Notes: a model not told the origin generated them from the letters alone. A stretch of 64,000 nt of DNA from Clostridia bacterium (GCA_003249555.1 QKIQ01000067.1:27835-91834); one strand, 5' to 3'. Positions 1-8,800 are shown, numbered from the stretch's first letter. Made by a program: numbers and translations.

Positions 1-762
1 TTCGCCTTTTTTAATGTCGTAGTCATACGTGCCTTCAAAATCGCCGTAGCCCGAGTAAACGGACACTTTGCCGTTCTTAAAGCCGAGGATTTCGCCGATT
101 TCTTCACTGCTCCAAAGACCTTCCATGGTTTTGAGCACGTACTTTTCCACATCGCTGCCGTCCTTAAGCTTCACAAACGTCGATTCATCATTTGCGTCCA
201 CCCCCTCAAGAACAAGTTCGTCTTTGCCAACTGTAAATGCATATTCGTTCCCGTTGGCGCTGATTGAGCCGGCGGCTTTGCCTTTGTCGTATGTATAGTC
301 CGCTTCAAATGTGCCGGTCAAATCGTATGCGATAACCGAGTTGTCTTCGTTGAAAACGAGCGCCCGGCCAAACTCCTCGCAATACCACTGGCCGGTGACC
401 GGCGTGCCGCCCAAGAAAAGCATTGCCAGCACAACCGCTGCGGCCACAAGAACCACGCCGCCGGCAACGAGGCCGATGATGAGCCCTGTCTTCTTTTTCT
501 GTGGCGCTTCTTGATATGGCGGCATACCATATGGCTGCTGCTGCGCAAATGGCTGCTGATGCGGGGGATACGCTTGCGGCTGCGGCTGATATTGAGCCTG
601 ACTCTGCGGCTGAGCTTGCGGCGTAGGCTCTGGCTGCTGAGGGGGAGAGGAAGGCGGAACGGACTGCGGAGCTGAATCGGATTGTGCCTGAATCGGCGTG
701 CCGCACTGCCTGCAAAAACGCGAGCCTTCGGGGTTCTGGTATCCGCAATTAGTACAATTCAT
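1..762 (-). CDS. Zinc-ribbon domain membrane protein (3' end runs off window; absent from ORF track)
   Basis: RBS AGGAGG then ATG at 762; my translation MNCTNCGYQNPEGSRFCRQCG (CxxC..CxxC), Pro/Gln-rich linker, TM helix (KKKTGLIIGLVAGGVVLVAAAVVLAMLF), extracellular beta-rich repeats; frame open to base 1. Confidence 0.85.
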   Translation of the reverse strand, partial: MNCTNCGYQNPEGSRFCRQCGTPIQAQSDSAPQSVPPSSPPQQPEPTPQAQPQSQAQYQPQPQAYPPHQQPFAQQQPYGMPPYQEAPQKKKTGLIIGLVAGGVVLVAAAVVLAMLFLGGTPVTGQWYCEEFGRALVFNEDNSVIAYDLTGTFEADYTYDKGKAAGSISANGNEYAFTVGKDELVLEGVDANDESTFVKLKDGSDVEKYVLKTMEGLWSSEEIGEILGFKNGKVSVYSGYGDFEGTYDYDIKKGE

Positions 763-885
763 GTTTTCCTCCTGAAAAGTAAAAAAGACAATGTGATATT
801 AATATATTAAAGATATTATATCATATGCCGATGGGAATAGGTATAAGAAATATAAAGGTGTATACATTGAAATTAAGCCTTTAAA

Positions 886-1422
886 TCAGGCTTTTTTGCG
901 ATCAACTTCGACGACGTAGGGGAGATTCCGCCATTTTCCACTCACGTCCATACCGTAGCCCATGAGCCATGCGTCCGTGACCTCGAAGCCGGTGTAGGCA
1001 AGCGGCACGTTGATAAGCTGCTGTGCCGGGTTGACGAACAACGCGCAAACCTTGACGCTTTTAGGGCCTCGGGATTCCAGATTCTGCACAAGGTATCCAA
1101 GGGTTAGACCCGTGCGCACAATATCCTCAACGATGAGCACATGCTTGTCCGTAATGTCAGTATCCAAGTCTTTGGTAATGCGGACGACGCCGGTTTTGCT
1201 CGTGGCGGTGGGATACACGCCGATGGATATGGTATCAAGCTGAATAGGCAGCTCGATGGCGCGTGTTAAGTCAGCGCAAAAATACAGCGAGCCTTTAAGA
1301 ACCGTGACGATCACAAGCTCTTTATCCGTGTAATCCTGCAAGATCTGAGCGCCAAGTGCCGCAATTCGTGATTTAATTTGTTCTTCCGTAAAGGCAACGC
1401 GCTGATATGTGGGCTTTGTCAT
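886..1422 (-). CDS. hpt: Hypoxanthine phosphoribosyltransferase homologue with variant active site
   Basis: VLKGS, KDLD, VLIVEDIVRTGLTL, GYGMD, RNLPY motifs of HPRT. Confidence 0.85.
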   Translation of the reverse strand: MTKPTYQRVAFTEEQIKSRIAALGAQILQDYTDKELVIVTVLKGSLYFCADLTRAIELPIQLDTISIGVYPTATSKTGVVRITKDLDTDITDKHVLIVEDIVRTGLTLGYLVQNLESRGPKSVKVCALFVNPAQQLINVPLAYTGFEVTDAWLMGYGMDVSGKWRNLPYVVEVDRKKA

Positions 1423-1426
1423 ATGC

Positions 1427-2362
1427 TTATTCTCCGCTTAGATTAAACCGCTCTGCGAGCGAATGAAAATCCTTTTTGTAAACCACCTTGATGTTGATGC
1501 CCGGATAAAGCTCGCGTAGCTTTTTGACTTTTTTATTCTTGTCGGTCACGTATTTTTGATTCATCGTGGTCAGCTCGATGAATGTATCGAATTTGGGCAG
1601 ATAAAAATCCGGGCTGAATGCCGAAATCACGTTGCCGCCTGCGTCCCATTCGACGGGAAACGTTTTGGGCTCGTAAACCCACTCAATATGATACATATCT
1701 AGCAGCCGCGCAAACTCAATTTCAGATTCGTTTTTCAGCACCGCCAAGCCGGACAGATTGGCCTTAGCGCTTATATGATCAGCGTGCTGTTCAATGCGCC
1801 GCTTTATTGCGCGCTGTTCGTGCAGCGCCATGACGGCGGCCACACACTCGTCTGCCCCGAGGTTTGCCGTATTGAGAGTCAGATGATATTGGGAGGCTTC
1901 GGCAACCGATGCACCGAAAAGCGTGTAAACGAATTTCTTTTGTTTTTTATCCGCTTTAGACAATATCTGCTCGGCTTGCGCGTCAGACACATGGTATTGC
2001 TTTTTAAGCCGTGCAATGCGGACGCTGTCCGGTGCGAACACCCGTATATGCAGCGCACTGTCGTCATTCGCGTATATCGCCTGTGAACCGAAGCCGACAA
2101 GCACGGCATTGTGCGTGCGTGTAAAAGCACGCAGGTTTTGACTAAGCAGATCGAGAAAAGTGTCTCCTGTTTGGCTCGCTGTGAGATAGTATTTAGCGCT
2201 TTCGTTAAGCATATGCCTCTCGTGAGGGCTGGCTGCGGTGTCTAAAAACATCGAAAGCCATGTGTCATGAGTAATTAGCTCAAAGCCGAGTTTTTGTGCG
2301 AGAGCGGCGGCAATTTCATTTCCGAAGCTGCCCCGCTGTCTAGAGATTGTGATAACGCTCAA
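1427..2362 (-). CDS. Cytidylate kinase-like domain fused to C-terminal PD-(D/E)xK nuclease-like domain
   Basis: N-term VITISRQRGSFGNEIA (cytidylate kinase-like family); C-term SEIEFARLLD..YEPKTF..FSPDFYLP..FIELTT. Confidence 0.75.
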   Translation of the reverse strand: MSVITISRQRGSFGNEIAAALAQKLGFELITHDTWLSMFLDTAASPHERHMLNESAKYYLTASQTGDTFLDLLSQNLRAFTRTHNAVLVGFGSQAIYANDDSALHIRVFAPDSVRIARLKKQYHVSDAQAEQILSKADKKQKKFVYTLFGASVAEASQYHLTLNTANLGADECVAAVMALHEQRAIKRRIEQHADHISAKANLSGLAVLKNESEIEFARLLDMYHIEWVYEPKTFPVEWDAGGNVISAFSPDFYLPKFDTFIELTTMNQKYVTDKNKKVKKLRELYPGINIKVVYKKDFHSLAERFNLSGE

Positions 2363-2507
2363 AAGGACACCCTCCTTGCTTGTTTATTATAGCATAATCA
2401 GGCAAGACGTTGAATAGTCCTTAACCCCGCGATTTTGTTATTTATTTGAGCGACAGTGAGCGCACGTGTAGGGTAAGCTGTTCAAAAACATAAGAAGCGA
2501 GGTGCTT

Positions 2508-2954
2508 ATGGCAAAAAGGAGAACGCGTGTAAGCGGTACGCAGCTAAAAAGCGAAGGCTTATATACGGTAAGGTCTGGCGGCAGCTGGCAAATAGATTTG
2601 GCGGCGGTCAGACGGCGTATTGATGCGTATCTGAAGGAAGCGGCAGAGACGGGCAAATACAGCATATCTGGGCTTTGTATTGCGCTGGACGTGCCGAGAA
2701 GCGTGCTTGGTTTATGGAGAGAGGGATACGCCTGTGAGCAAGACACAGGCGCTGCAGCGGTGCTGCCCAATGAGTCGCTAAGCCGATGTGTCGAGATGGC
2801 GCTGCTGCATATTCAGCGGTATTGGGAAGAGGCCGACAAGCCGTCTTCAATGAATGTGAAACAGCTGGAAGCCACTGGCGCGCTTTCAGATAGTGCGCCT
2901 TTAAGCGTAGTGCCGCCTTTTGATCTGGGGCGTTTAAAAAAGTATTCCCAATAG
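2508..2954 (+). CDS. Putative terminase small subunit (GP3/DNA-packaging HTH-like)
   Basis: RBS GAGGTG, ATG 2508; IDAYL..YSISGLCIALDVPRSVLGLW..LSRCVEMALLHIQRYWEE resembles the GP3_package-type TerS pattern; lies upstream of TerL. Confidence 0.55.
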   Translation: MAKRRTRVSGTQLKSEGLYTVRSGGSWQIDLAAVRRRIDAYLKEAAETGKYSISGLCIALDVPRSVLGLWREGYACEQDTGAAAVLPNESLSRCVEMALLHIQRYWEEADKPSSMNVKQLEATGALSDSAPLSVVPPFDLGRLKKYSQ

Positions 2955-2960
2955 CCGTCA

Positions 2961-2990
2961 TTGAATAATCGGTAATTCTTGGGGTACAAT
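2961..2990 (+). promoter_or_regulatory. Sigma-A-like promoter for ferredoxin
   Basis: TTGAAT-18bp-TACAAT just upstream of the RBS. Confidence 0.5.
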
Positions 2991-3026
2991 AGTATTGATT
3001 TTTGTGTAAACGAGGAGGAAACAGCA

Positions 3027-3218
3027 ATGAAAGCAGTAATTGACCGTGACGGCTGCATATCCTGCGAACTGTGTGTGGATACGTGTCCTGAGGTGTTTCG
3101 AATGGCGGAGGATGGGCTCGCGGAAGTCTATGTGGATGAGATTCCCAAAGAGGCAGAAGATGCGGCGAATGAGGCGGCAGAAGGATGCCCCGTTGCCGTG
3201 ATTACGATAAACAATTAG
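3027..3218 (+). CDS. Single-cluster [4Fe-4S] ferredoxin
   Basis: RBS GAGGAGG; CISCELC...GCP motif, acidic, 63 aa. Confidence 0.92.
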   Translation: MKAVIDRDGCISCELCVDTCPEVFRMAEDGLAEVYVDEIPKEAEDAANEAAEGCPVAVITINN

Positions 3219-3232
3219 AAAGGATGTGCTTT

Positions 3233-3265
3233 GCGCCGAACGGTTTGCGTTTAGGCGCTTTTTTT
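3233..3265 (+). terminator. Intrinsic terminator after ferredoxin
   Basis: GCGCCGAACG..CGTTTAGGCGC stem followed by T run. Confidence 0.65.
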
Positions 3266-4723
3266 ATGAGAAGAGACGAGAGTGTAGAGATGGTGCTTTC
3301 CAGGGCATTTGGCAAGCCGACGCCGAAGCAAACCGCGTTTTTGCAGGCGAAAACGCGGTTTGTGGGATATGGCGGAGCAAAAGGAGGCGGCAAGTCGCAC
3401 GCCATACGTGCCAAAGCGACGTACCTGGCGTTTGAGTATCCGGGGATACAGATGCTCATTGTGCGGCGTTCTTTCCCGGAATTGCATGAGAACCATACCA
3501 AACGGCTGCTCGCTGTATATGCTCGCCTGCCCAAACTTTTTAAGCCCAAATACAGCGACAGCGAAAAAGTGTTTACGTTTCCTTGGGGGTCGCGCATCAA
3601 GCTGGGATATTGTCACAACGAAGACGATGTACTTCAGTACCAGGGGCAGGAATGTGATGTGCTTTTTCTTGACGAAGCCACGCAGCTCACCGAGTATCAG
3701 TTCGGCTGGCTGTGCGCATGCGTGCGCGGCACGGGAGATTACCCCAAACGCACCTATGTGACCTGCAATCCCGGTGGCGTGGGGCATGCATGGGTAAAAC
3801 GGCTGTTTATTGATCGTGATTTTAGGCACGGAGAGGACGCATGCGACTATACGTTCATACAGGCGCGTGTGTGGGACAACGCGCCCCTGTTTGCCAACGA
3901 CGACGGGTATAAACGAAGACTGGCTGAGCTTAGGAAAAATAAGGACGGCAAAACCTTGTCGGAGAAAAAAGAACTGGCAAAGCGCAGCGCAAGCTATGTG
4001 CGCCAGCTCGAGAGCCTTGAGCCCTCGCTGCGCCGGGCATGGCTGGACGGCGAATGGAGTGTGTTTGCGGGGCAGTTTTTTTCCGAATACAGCATAGACA
4101 AGCATGTTTGCGCACCTTTTGCGATACCCGACGGCTGGAGAAGAAGCGCCTCGCTCGATTATGGACTGGATATGCTCGCGGTACTCTGGTTCGCGGTGAG
4201 CCCGACTGGCCGCGTTTATTGCTACCGCAGCATTGAGATAAGCGATCTCACGGTGTCGCAGGCGGCTGCGGCGATACGGGATGCCCAAAGCGAAACGGCA
4301 GAAGAATACATTGCGCCGCCCGATCTTTGGAACAGACGGCAGGACACGGGACGCAGTGCCGCCGAGATCTTCGCTGCTAACAATGTGCCTCTGGTGAAGG
4401 CGGGCAATAGTCGCATTGATGGCTGGCTCAATGTCAAGGAATATCTGCGGTGCGATAGGGGAGAACCAACAATGATGTTTTTCTCATCTTGCATACCTTT
4501 GCTTAAATGCCTTCCGCTGCTGCGTCATGACCCCGCCAGGCCGGGAGACGCGGCGACGCAGCCGCATGACTTGACACACAGCCTCGATGCACTGCGCTAC
4601 TGGTGCTCGCGGCGGCAACTATGCCCAATTTCAGATGTGCTTGACGCACCAAATCTGTTTGGGCGCGGCTGCCGCGAAACCGGCACCGTGGAAGATTATT
4701 TGTTGGGAGGGTTTGAGCTATAA
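3266..4723 (+). CDS. Phage terminase large subunit (start 3266 or 3290)
   Basis: Walker A GYGGAKGGGKS, Walker B VLFLDEA, coupling motif TCNPG, RNase H-fold nuclease residues SLDYG and HSLDALRY. Confidence 0.92.
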   Translation: MRRDESVEMVLSRAFGKPTPKQTAFLQAKTRFVGYGGAKGGGKSHAIRAKATYLAFEYPGIQMLIVRRSFPELHENHTKRLLAVYARLPKLFKPKYSDSEKVFTFPWGSRIKLGYCHNEDDVLQYQGQECDVLFLDEATQLTEYQFGWLCACVRGTGDYPKRTYVTCNPGGVGHAWVKRLFIDRDFRHGEDACDYTFIQARVWDNAPLFANDDGYKRRLAELRKNKDGKTLSEKKELAKRSASYVRQLESLEPSLRRAWLDGEWSVFAGQFFSEYSIDKHVCAPFAIPDGWRRSASLDYGLDMLAVLWFAVSPTGRVYCYRSIEISDLTVSQAAAAIRDAQSETAEEYIAPPDLWNRRQDTGRSAAEIFAANNVPLVKAGNSRIDGWLNVKEYLRCDRGEPTMMFFSSCIPLLKCLPLLRHDPARPGDAATQPHDLTHSLDALRYWCSRRQLCPISDVLDAPNLFGRGCRETGTVEDYLLGGFEL

Positions 4724-4724
4724 G

Positions 4725-4751
4725 AAAAAAGGGCGGCAACCCGCCCTTTGT
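4725..4751. terminator. Bidirectional terminator between TerL and DUF2812 gene
   Basis: AAAAAAGGGCGG-CAAC-CCGCCCTTT. Confidence 0.75.
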
Positions 4752-5293
4752 CAGCCTTCGTGGATCAGCAGCTCTTTCTTTAATCGCCGGATTTTGCGCG
4801 TGATCTGTATTACCCAGGAGATAAATGCTCCTCCGAGTACAATCACCAATCCTCCCAGAATGACATTTCCAATACGAAAATAAGGAGAAATTCCGACCAA
4901 TAAATTCATTATGCCGATGCTGATTTCTAAAATGCCGAATCCGAGCCACCACCCGCGAATCCTTTTGTTGTGTGCGATTTGCGACGGGATATCCGAGTGC
5001 AGAGTAAACGGTCCGTCGGCGGCTTTTTTTCGAAAATAGACCCACCGCATGTATGACGAAACAAATTCCGCGCCTGTTTCTTCCACAAATCTTATATACT
5101 TTAGCGCTGCCGGATTTCTAGAACTGTAATCGAGCATCTCTATCCGGTAGATATACTTGCCCGGCGGCGTGTCTTCAAACACATAACGGCACCATGAATA
5201 ATCCGCCAAAGCGAGCCCATTGGCGCTCATTTCGTTGAGCCACTTTTCTTCCTTTTCCCAATTACAATAGGGTTTACGAATCACATGCTTCAT
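4751..5293 (-). CDS. DUF2812 family membrane protein
   Basis: WEKEEKWLNEMSANG N-term, YRIE, WVYFRK, two C-terminal TM helices; typical PadR partner. Confidence 0.85.
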   Translation of the reverse strand: MKHVIRKPYCNWEKEEKWLNEMSANGLALADYSWCRYVFEDTPPGKYIYRIEMLDYSSRNPAALKYIRFVEETGAEFVSSYMRWVYFRKKAADGPFTLHSDIPSQIAHNKRIRGWWLGFGILEISIGIMNLLVGISPYFRIGNVILGGLVIVLGGAFISWVIQITRKIRRLKKELLIHEG

Positions 5294-5613
5294 TTGTTCA
5301 CCCCTCCCGCAATCTGACGACCGTTGAGAATCAGTTCTTCCAGCCGCTCCAATTCTGCTAACACCATGGCTTTTCCGATGCCTGTAATGACGTATTCCTT
5401 CTTGCGGTCATCGCTTGTGCGCTCATAGGGCTCAATCCAGCCTTTTTCAACCAATGTGCTGATGGCGCCGTACAGTGTGCCCGCGCCCATAGACACGCGT
5501 CCGCGGCTTAACGTCTTCACGTTTTGCATGATGCCATAACCGTGCATCGGCTCAAAAAGCGATAATAGTATATAGTATACGGCTTCAGTGAGCGCACCTT
5601 GACTTTCCGCCAT
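5290..5613 (-). CDS. PadR family transcriptional regulator
   Basis: LTEAVYYILLSL..HGYGIMQ..GAGTLY..RKKEYVIT. Confidence 0.92.
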   Translation of the reverse strand: MAESQGALTEAVYYILLSLFEPMHGYGIMQNVKTLSRGRVSMGAGTLYGAISTLVEKGWIEPYERTSDDRKKEYVITGIGKAMVLAELERLEELILNGRQIAGGVNK

Positions 5614-5630
5614 GAAACAGCCTCCTTATT

Positions 5631-5700
5631 ATAACGAATAACGATGCATCGCAACACGATGTAACGCGTAACGATATAAATTATATCGGCATACGATATA
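5631..5700. promoter_or_regulatory. Array of four palindromic operator-like units (AWCG-N5-CGAT), probable PadR autoregulatory sites
   Basis: ataacgaataacgat / gcatcgcaacacgat / gtaacgcgtaacgat at 15-bp period, plus tatatcggcatacgatata. Confidence 0.6.
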
Positions 5701-6000
5701 ATTGTCAATAGGCTGTTGACTAAACTTTTGTTGGTAAGAAGATGAATGACATGAAATTTTGATTATCATAATAAAAAAGACAAATGTTCATGCGCTCCGC
5801 TTCTTTGCATTATGGCTTTATACCACCATTTTCACGCGCTAGATAATTAAAAAAGTGAGAATAATACATTATATGATTTACGTGGAAACATATTAGCGTA
5901 AATGCACTCAATTGACATAGCATTATTTCTCACATATAATGATGACTGATAAACAGGAAGGGACCCGTCGGATGATTGTTATTACCGGGTCAATATAGGT

Positions 6001-7050
6001 ATGCTGAATTATTTGATTGTCATAGCCGTCTCGCTTGTGCTTTCACTGGGGTTGACACCACTGATGATTGTGGCATCGCGCAGATGGGATATTATGGATA
6101 TACCAGATGTGAGAAAGGCGCATAATAAGCCCATTCCGCTGATGGGCGGAGTGGCGATATATTTGGCTACGATTGTGGCCACGGTTCTTTATGTTATGTT
6201 GTTTGAAGTTATTCCTCTTCAGTTTAACATGATTATCGCTTTTTTAATCGGAATCTCCGGCGTCACGATGATGGGATTGATCGACGACATCTTGTCTTTA
6301 AGTCCTAGAAGAAGGCTCATTGTTCTTTTTATTTTGGCTGTCATCGTGCTCATCGGCTGCCTTCAATTCTATTTTCCCAAAACGTTGCTGGAAGATCCTT
6401 TGCTGGCCATCGGTACATCGGTTGTCGTCGTTTTTTGGATCGTGGCCATTACAAACGCGACGAACTTCACAGACGGGCTGGACGGGCTCGCCAGCAGTTT
6501 ATCTTTGGTTTCAGCCTTATCGTTTGCGGTTATCTTTTTCATTCAAGGAAGGAATCAGCTGGCTTTGCCCACCACGCTGGCGTTATGCGGTGCGATAACC
6601 GGGTTTCTGATATACAATTTTCACCCTGCAAAGATATTTATGGGTGATGCGGGCAGCATGTTTATCGGTTTTATGCTGGGTATTCTTTCGATAATGAGCA
6701 TGTCTCAAAAGACAATCATCGTTTTTGTTGTTCCGGTGTTTCTCATGATTGTTCCCATTGCGGATATGTGCATGTCGATACTCAGACGTCTATTGCTTCG
6801 GAAGCCTGTGATGAAACCGGATAAAATGCATTTCCATCATATATTGATTGGTCGCTTTAAAAATCACCGCGTGGCCGTTCTCATACTCATGGCCGTTCAA
6901 ATGGTATTTGCCTTTATCGGCGTAATAATATACTTTTTGGAGCTCTATATACTTGGATGGATATTGCTTGCGGTTCTGGTCATGTTCGCTATTGTTTATA
7001 CGTTGGTGAAGGTAAGAAAGATAAAACAAGCCCTGCAAATCGAAGAATAA
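6001..7050 (+). CDS. Undecaprenyl-phosphate GlcNAc-1-phosphate transferase (TagO/WecA, MraY-like family)
   Basis: GLIDD, TNATNFTDGLDGL, KIFMGDAG, DKMHFHH motifs; multi-TM. Confidence 0.9.
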   Translation: MLNYLIVIAVSLVLSLGLTPLMIVASRRWDIMDIPDVRKAHNKPIPLMGGVAIYLATIVATVLYVMLFEVIPLQFNMIIAFLIGISGVTMMGLIDDILSLSPRRRLIVLFILAVIVLIGCLQFYFPKTLLEDPLLAIGTSVVVVFWIVAITNATNFTDGLDGLASSLSLVSALSFAVIFFIQGRNQLALPTTLALCGAITGFLIYNFHPAKIFMGDAGSMFIGFMLGILSIMSMSQKTIIVFVVPVFLMIVPIADMCMSILRRLLLRKPVMKPDKMHFHHILIGRFKNHRVAVLILMAVQMVFAFIGVIIYFLELYILGWILLAVLVMFAIVYTLVKVRKIKQALQIEE

Positions 7051-7177
7051 TCGTATTAATCCAATACATAAGAATAATTCAAGGCTCGTCATACGCAAAT
7101 AGGTCGAGCCTTTTTTGTATCCTTCATATGGTTAAAACAAAAAGCCCCGCCGAGGCGGGGCATAAGATGACAAATCA

Positions 7178-8800
7178 TCACGATTCAATATCCCTTATCG
7201 AAAACGCGATATTGTTGGCATGGTCGGCAACGCGCTCCAGTGTGGAGACCATATTTGTGAAGATAACGCCTGTTTGAGGATCGCAGGATTTGCCTTGCAG
7301 CCTTTCGATATGGTTATTCATATACTGCCGTTTCATATCATCAACTTCCTGCTCAAGCTTGTCCACCAGCGGCAGCTGCGATTCATCGCGCTGTTTGAAT
7401 GTGTCGAGACTGACACGTAGCGTTTCCTTTGCCTTATCTGCCATTATTTTAAGCTCTTCCAAAGCATCCGGAGACAGCGTCGCTCGGCGTTCTGCCAGCG
7501 TCAGCGAGAACTCGGCAATGTTTTCCGCGAGATCGCCGATACGTTCCAAATCGATCACGACATGGTGCAGGCTGCCCATGATGACAAGATCATGTTCGGA
7601 CAATTCCATGCCGCGGAATTCAATGAGGTAATGGGTAATATGGTGAGTGATATAATCAATTGTTTTTTCCACGTCCAAAACGCGGTTGGCCCGCTGCTCG
7701 TCACGGTCGAAAAAGGCATCCAGCGAACGCCGGAAATTGTCGGAAGAGATTTCTCCCATGCGGGTTAATTCCTTTAATGTCTGACTCAAAGCGATAGTCG
7801 GCGTCTGAGCGATACGCTCGTCCAGGTAGACAAGTTTTTTCTCAACACGGTCCGGCTCATGCTTTTCAGGAATGATACGCGTGATGAGCTTAACCATGTG
7901 ATTAGCAAACGGAAAGAGCAATATCGTTACGGACACATTGAATAAAGTATGGAAATTTGCAATTTGACGCGATATGTTGTCGGGAGAAATCGATGCAACC
8001 CAAGACACGATAGCCGGGAAAATCGCAATAACGATTAAGTAGATCAGGGTTCCGAGTATGTTGAACATCAAGTGAACGCCGGCTGTTCTTTTGGAGTTAG
8101 CGTTTGTTCCGATGGCGGCAAGAATGGCCGTAACGCAGGTGCCGATGTTTTGTCCGAGTATCACGTAAACCGCGGAATCGAGACCAATCAAGCCAAGCGC
8201 CGCGAGCGCCTGCAAAATACCCACGGATGCGGATGAGCTTTGAATGATGGCGGTAAAAACCGCGCCGAACAGCACACCGACGACGGGGCTGTTGAAGCTC
8301 ACAAGAAGACTCCGAAACAGTTCGCTTTCCCGAAGCGGCTCCATTGCCTGAGACATCAGTGAAAGGCCCACAAACAGGATACCAAAGCCGAGTATGATTT
8401 CGCCTAATCGCGAAATGACACGTTTTTTGACGAATACGGTAAAGACCATACCGATGAAAAGGAAGAAAGGAGCAATTTCAGAAAGCTTGAAAGCAATTAA
8501 CTGAGCCGTAATTGTTGTGCCGATGTTGGCGCCCATAATCACACCTGTGGCTTGAAGCAGTGTCATCAGACCAGCATTGACAAAGCCCACAACCATCACG
8601 GTGGTTGCCGAGGAGCTTTGCACGACCGCCGTGACGCCCGCACCCACCAAAACCGCCGCAGGCCGCTTGCTTGTAAGCACCTCAAGCACACGTCGCATTC
8701 GGTCTCCGGCCACATTTTCCAGCCCGTCCGACATCATTTTCATGCCGTATAAAAACATGCCCAGGCCGCCCAATAAAAGAAATACCGCTACGATGGTCAT
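7178..8800 (-). CDS. Na+/phosphate cotransporter with C-terminal PhoU domains
   Basis: QSSS repeats, GANIGTT / GQNIGTC, ERIGD / ERVADH PhoU motifs. Confidence 0.93.
   Translation of the reverse strand: MTIVAVFLLLGGLGMFLYGMKMMSDGLENVAGDRMRRVLEVLTSKRPAAVLVGAGVTAVVQSSSATTVMVVGFVNAGLMTLLQATGVIMGANIGTTITAQLIAFKLSEIAPFFLFIGMVFTVFVKKRVISRLGEIILGFGILFVGLSLMSQAMEPLRESELFRSLLVSFNSPVVGVLFGAVFTAIIQSSSASVGILQALAALGLIGLDSAVYVILGQNIGTCVTAILAAIGTNANSKRTAGVHLMFNILGTLIYLIVIAIFPAIVSWVASISPDNISRQIANFHTLFNVSVTILLFPFANHMVKLITRIIPEKHEPDRVEKKLVYLDERIAQTPTIALSQTLKELTRMGEISSDNFRRSLDAFFDRDEQRANRVLDVEKTIDYITHHITHYLIEFRGMELSEHDLVIMGSLHHVVIDLERIGDLAENIAEFSLTLAERRATLSPDALEELKIMADKAKETLRVSLDTFKQRDESQLPLVDKLEQEVDDMKRQYMNNHIERLQGKSCDPQTGVIFTNMVSTLERVADHANNIAFSIRDIES

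Noticed and set aside
2450-2500. Sporulation sigma promoter for the TerS-like gene (GGGTAAGCTG as sigma-F -10)
   Set aside because: No convincing -35 at the right spacing.
3185-3265. ORF-track N-terminal extension of TerL
   Set aside because: Overlaps the ferredoxin end and its terminator; real start is more likely 3266 or 3290.
3251-4288. Long antisense ORFs (also 22359-23477, 42004-43089, 51935-52822, 44664-45563)
   Set aside because: Shadows of well-supported genes on the opposite strand; no motifs or RBS.
2508-4723. Intact prophage
   Set aside because: No integrase, att repeats, portal, capsid, tail or lysis genes visible; flanks are host-type genes.
5965-5995. GACCCG/CGGGTC hairpin before tagO-like gene
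   Set aside because: Short stem with no known motif; could be chance.
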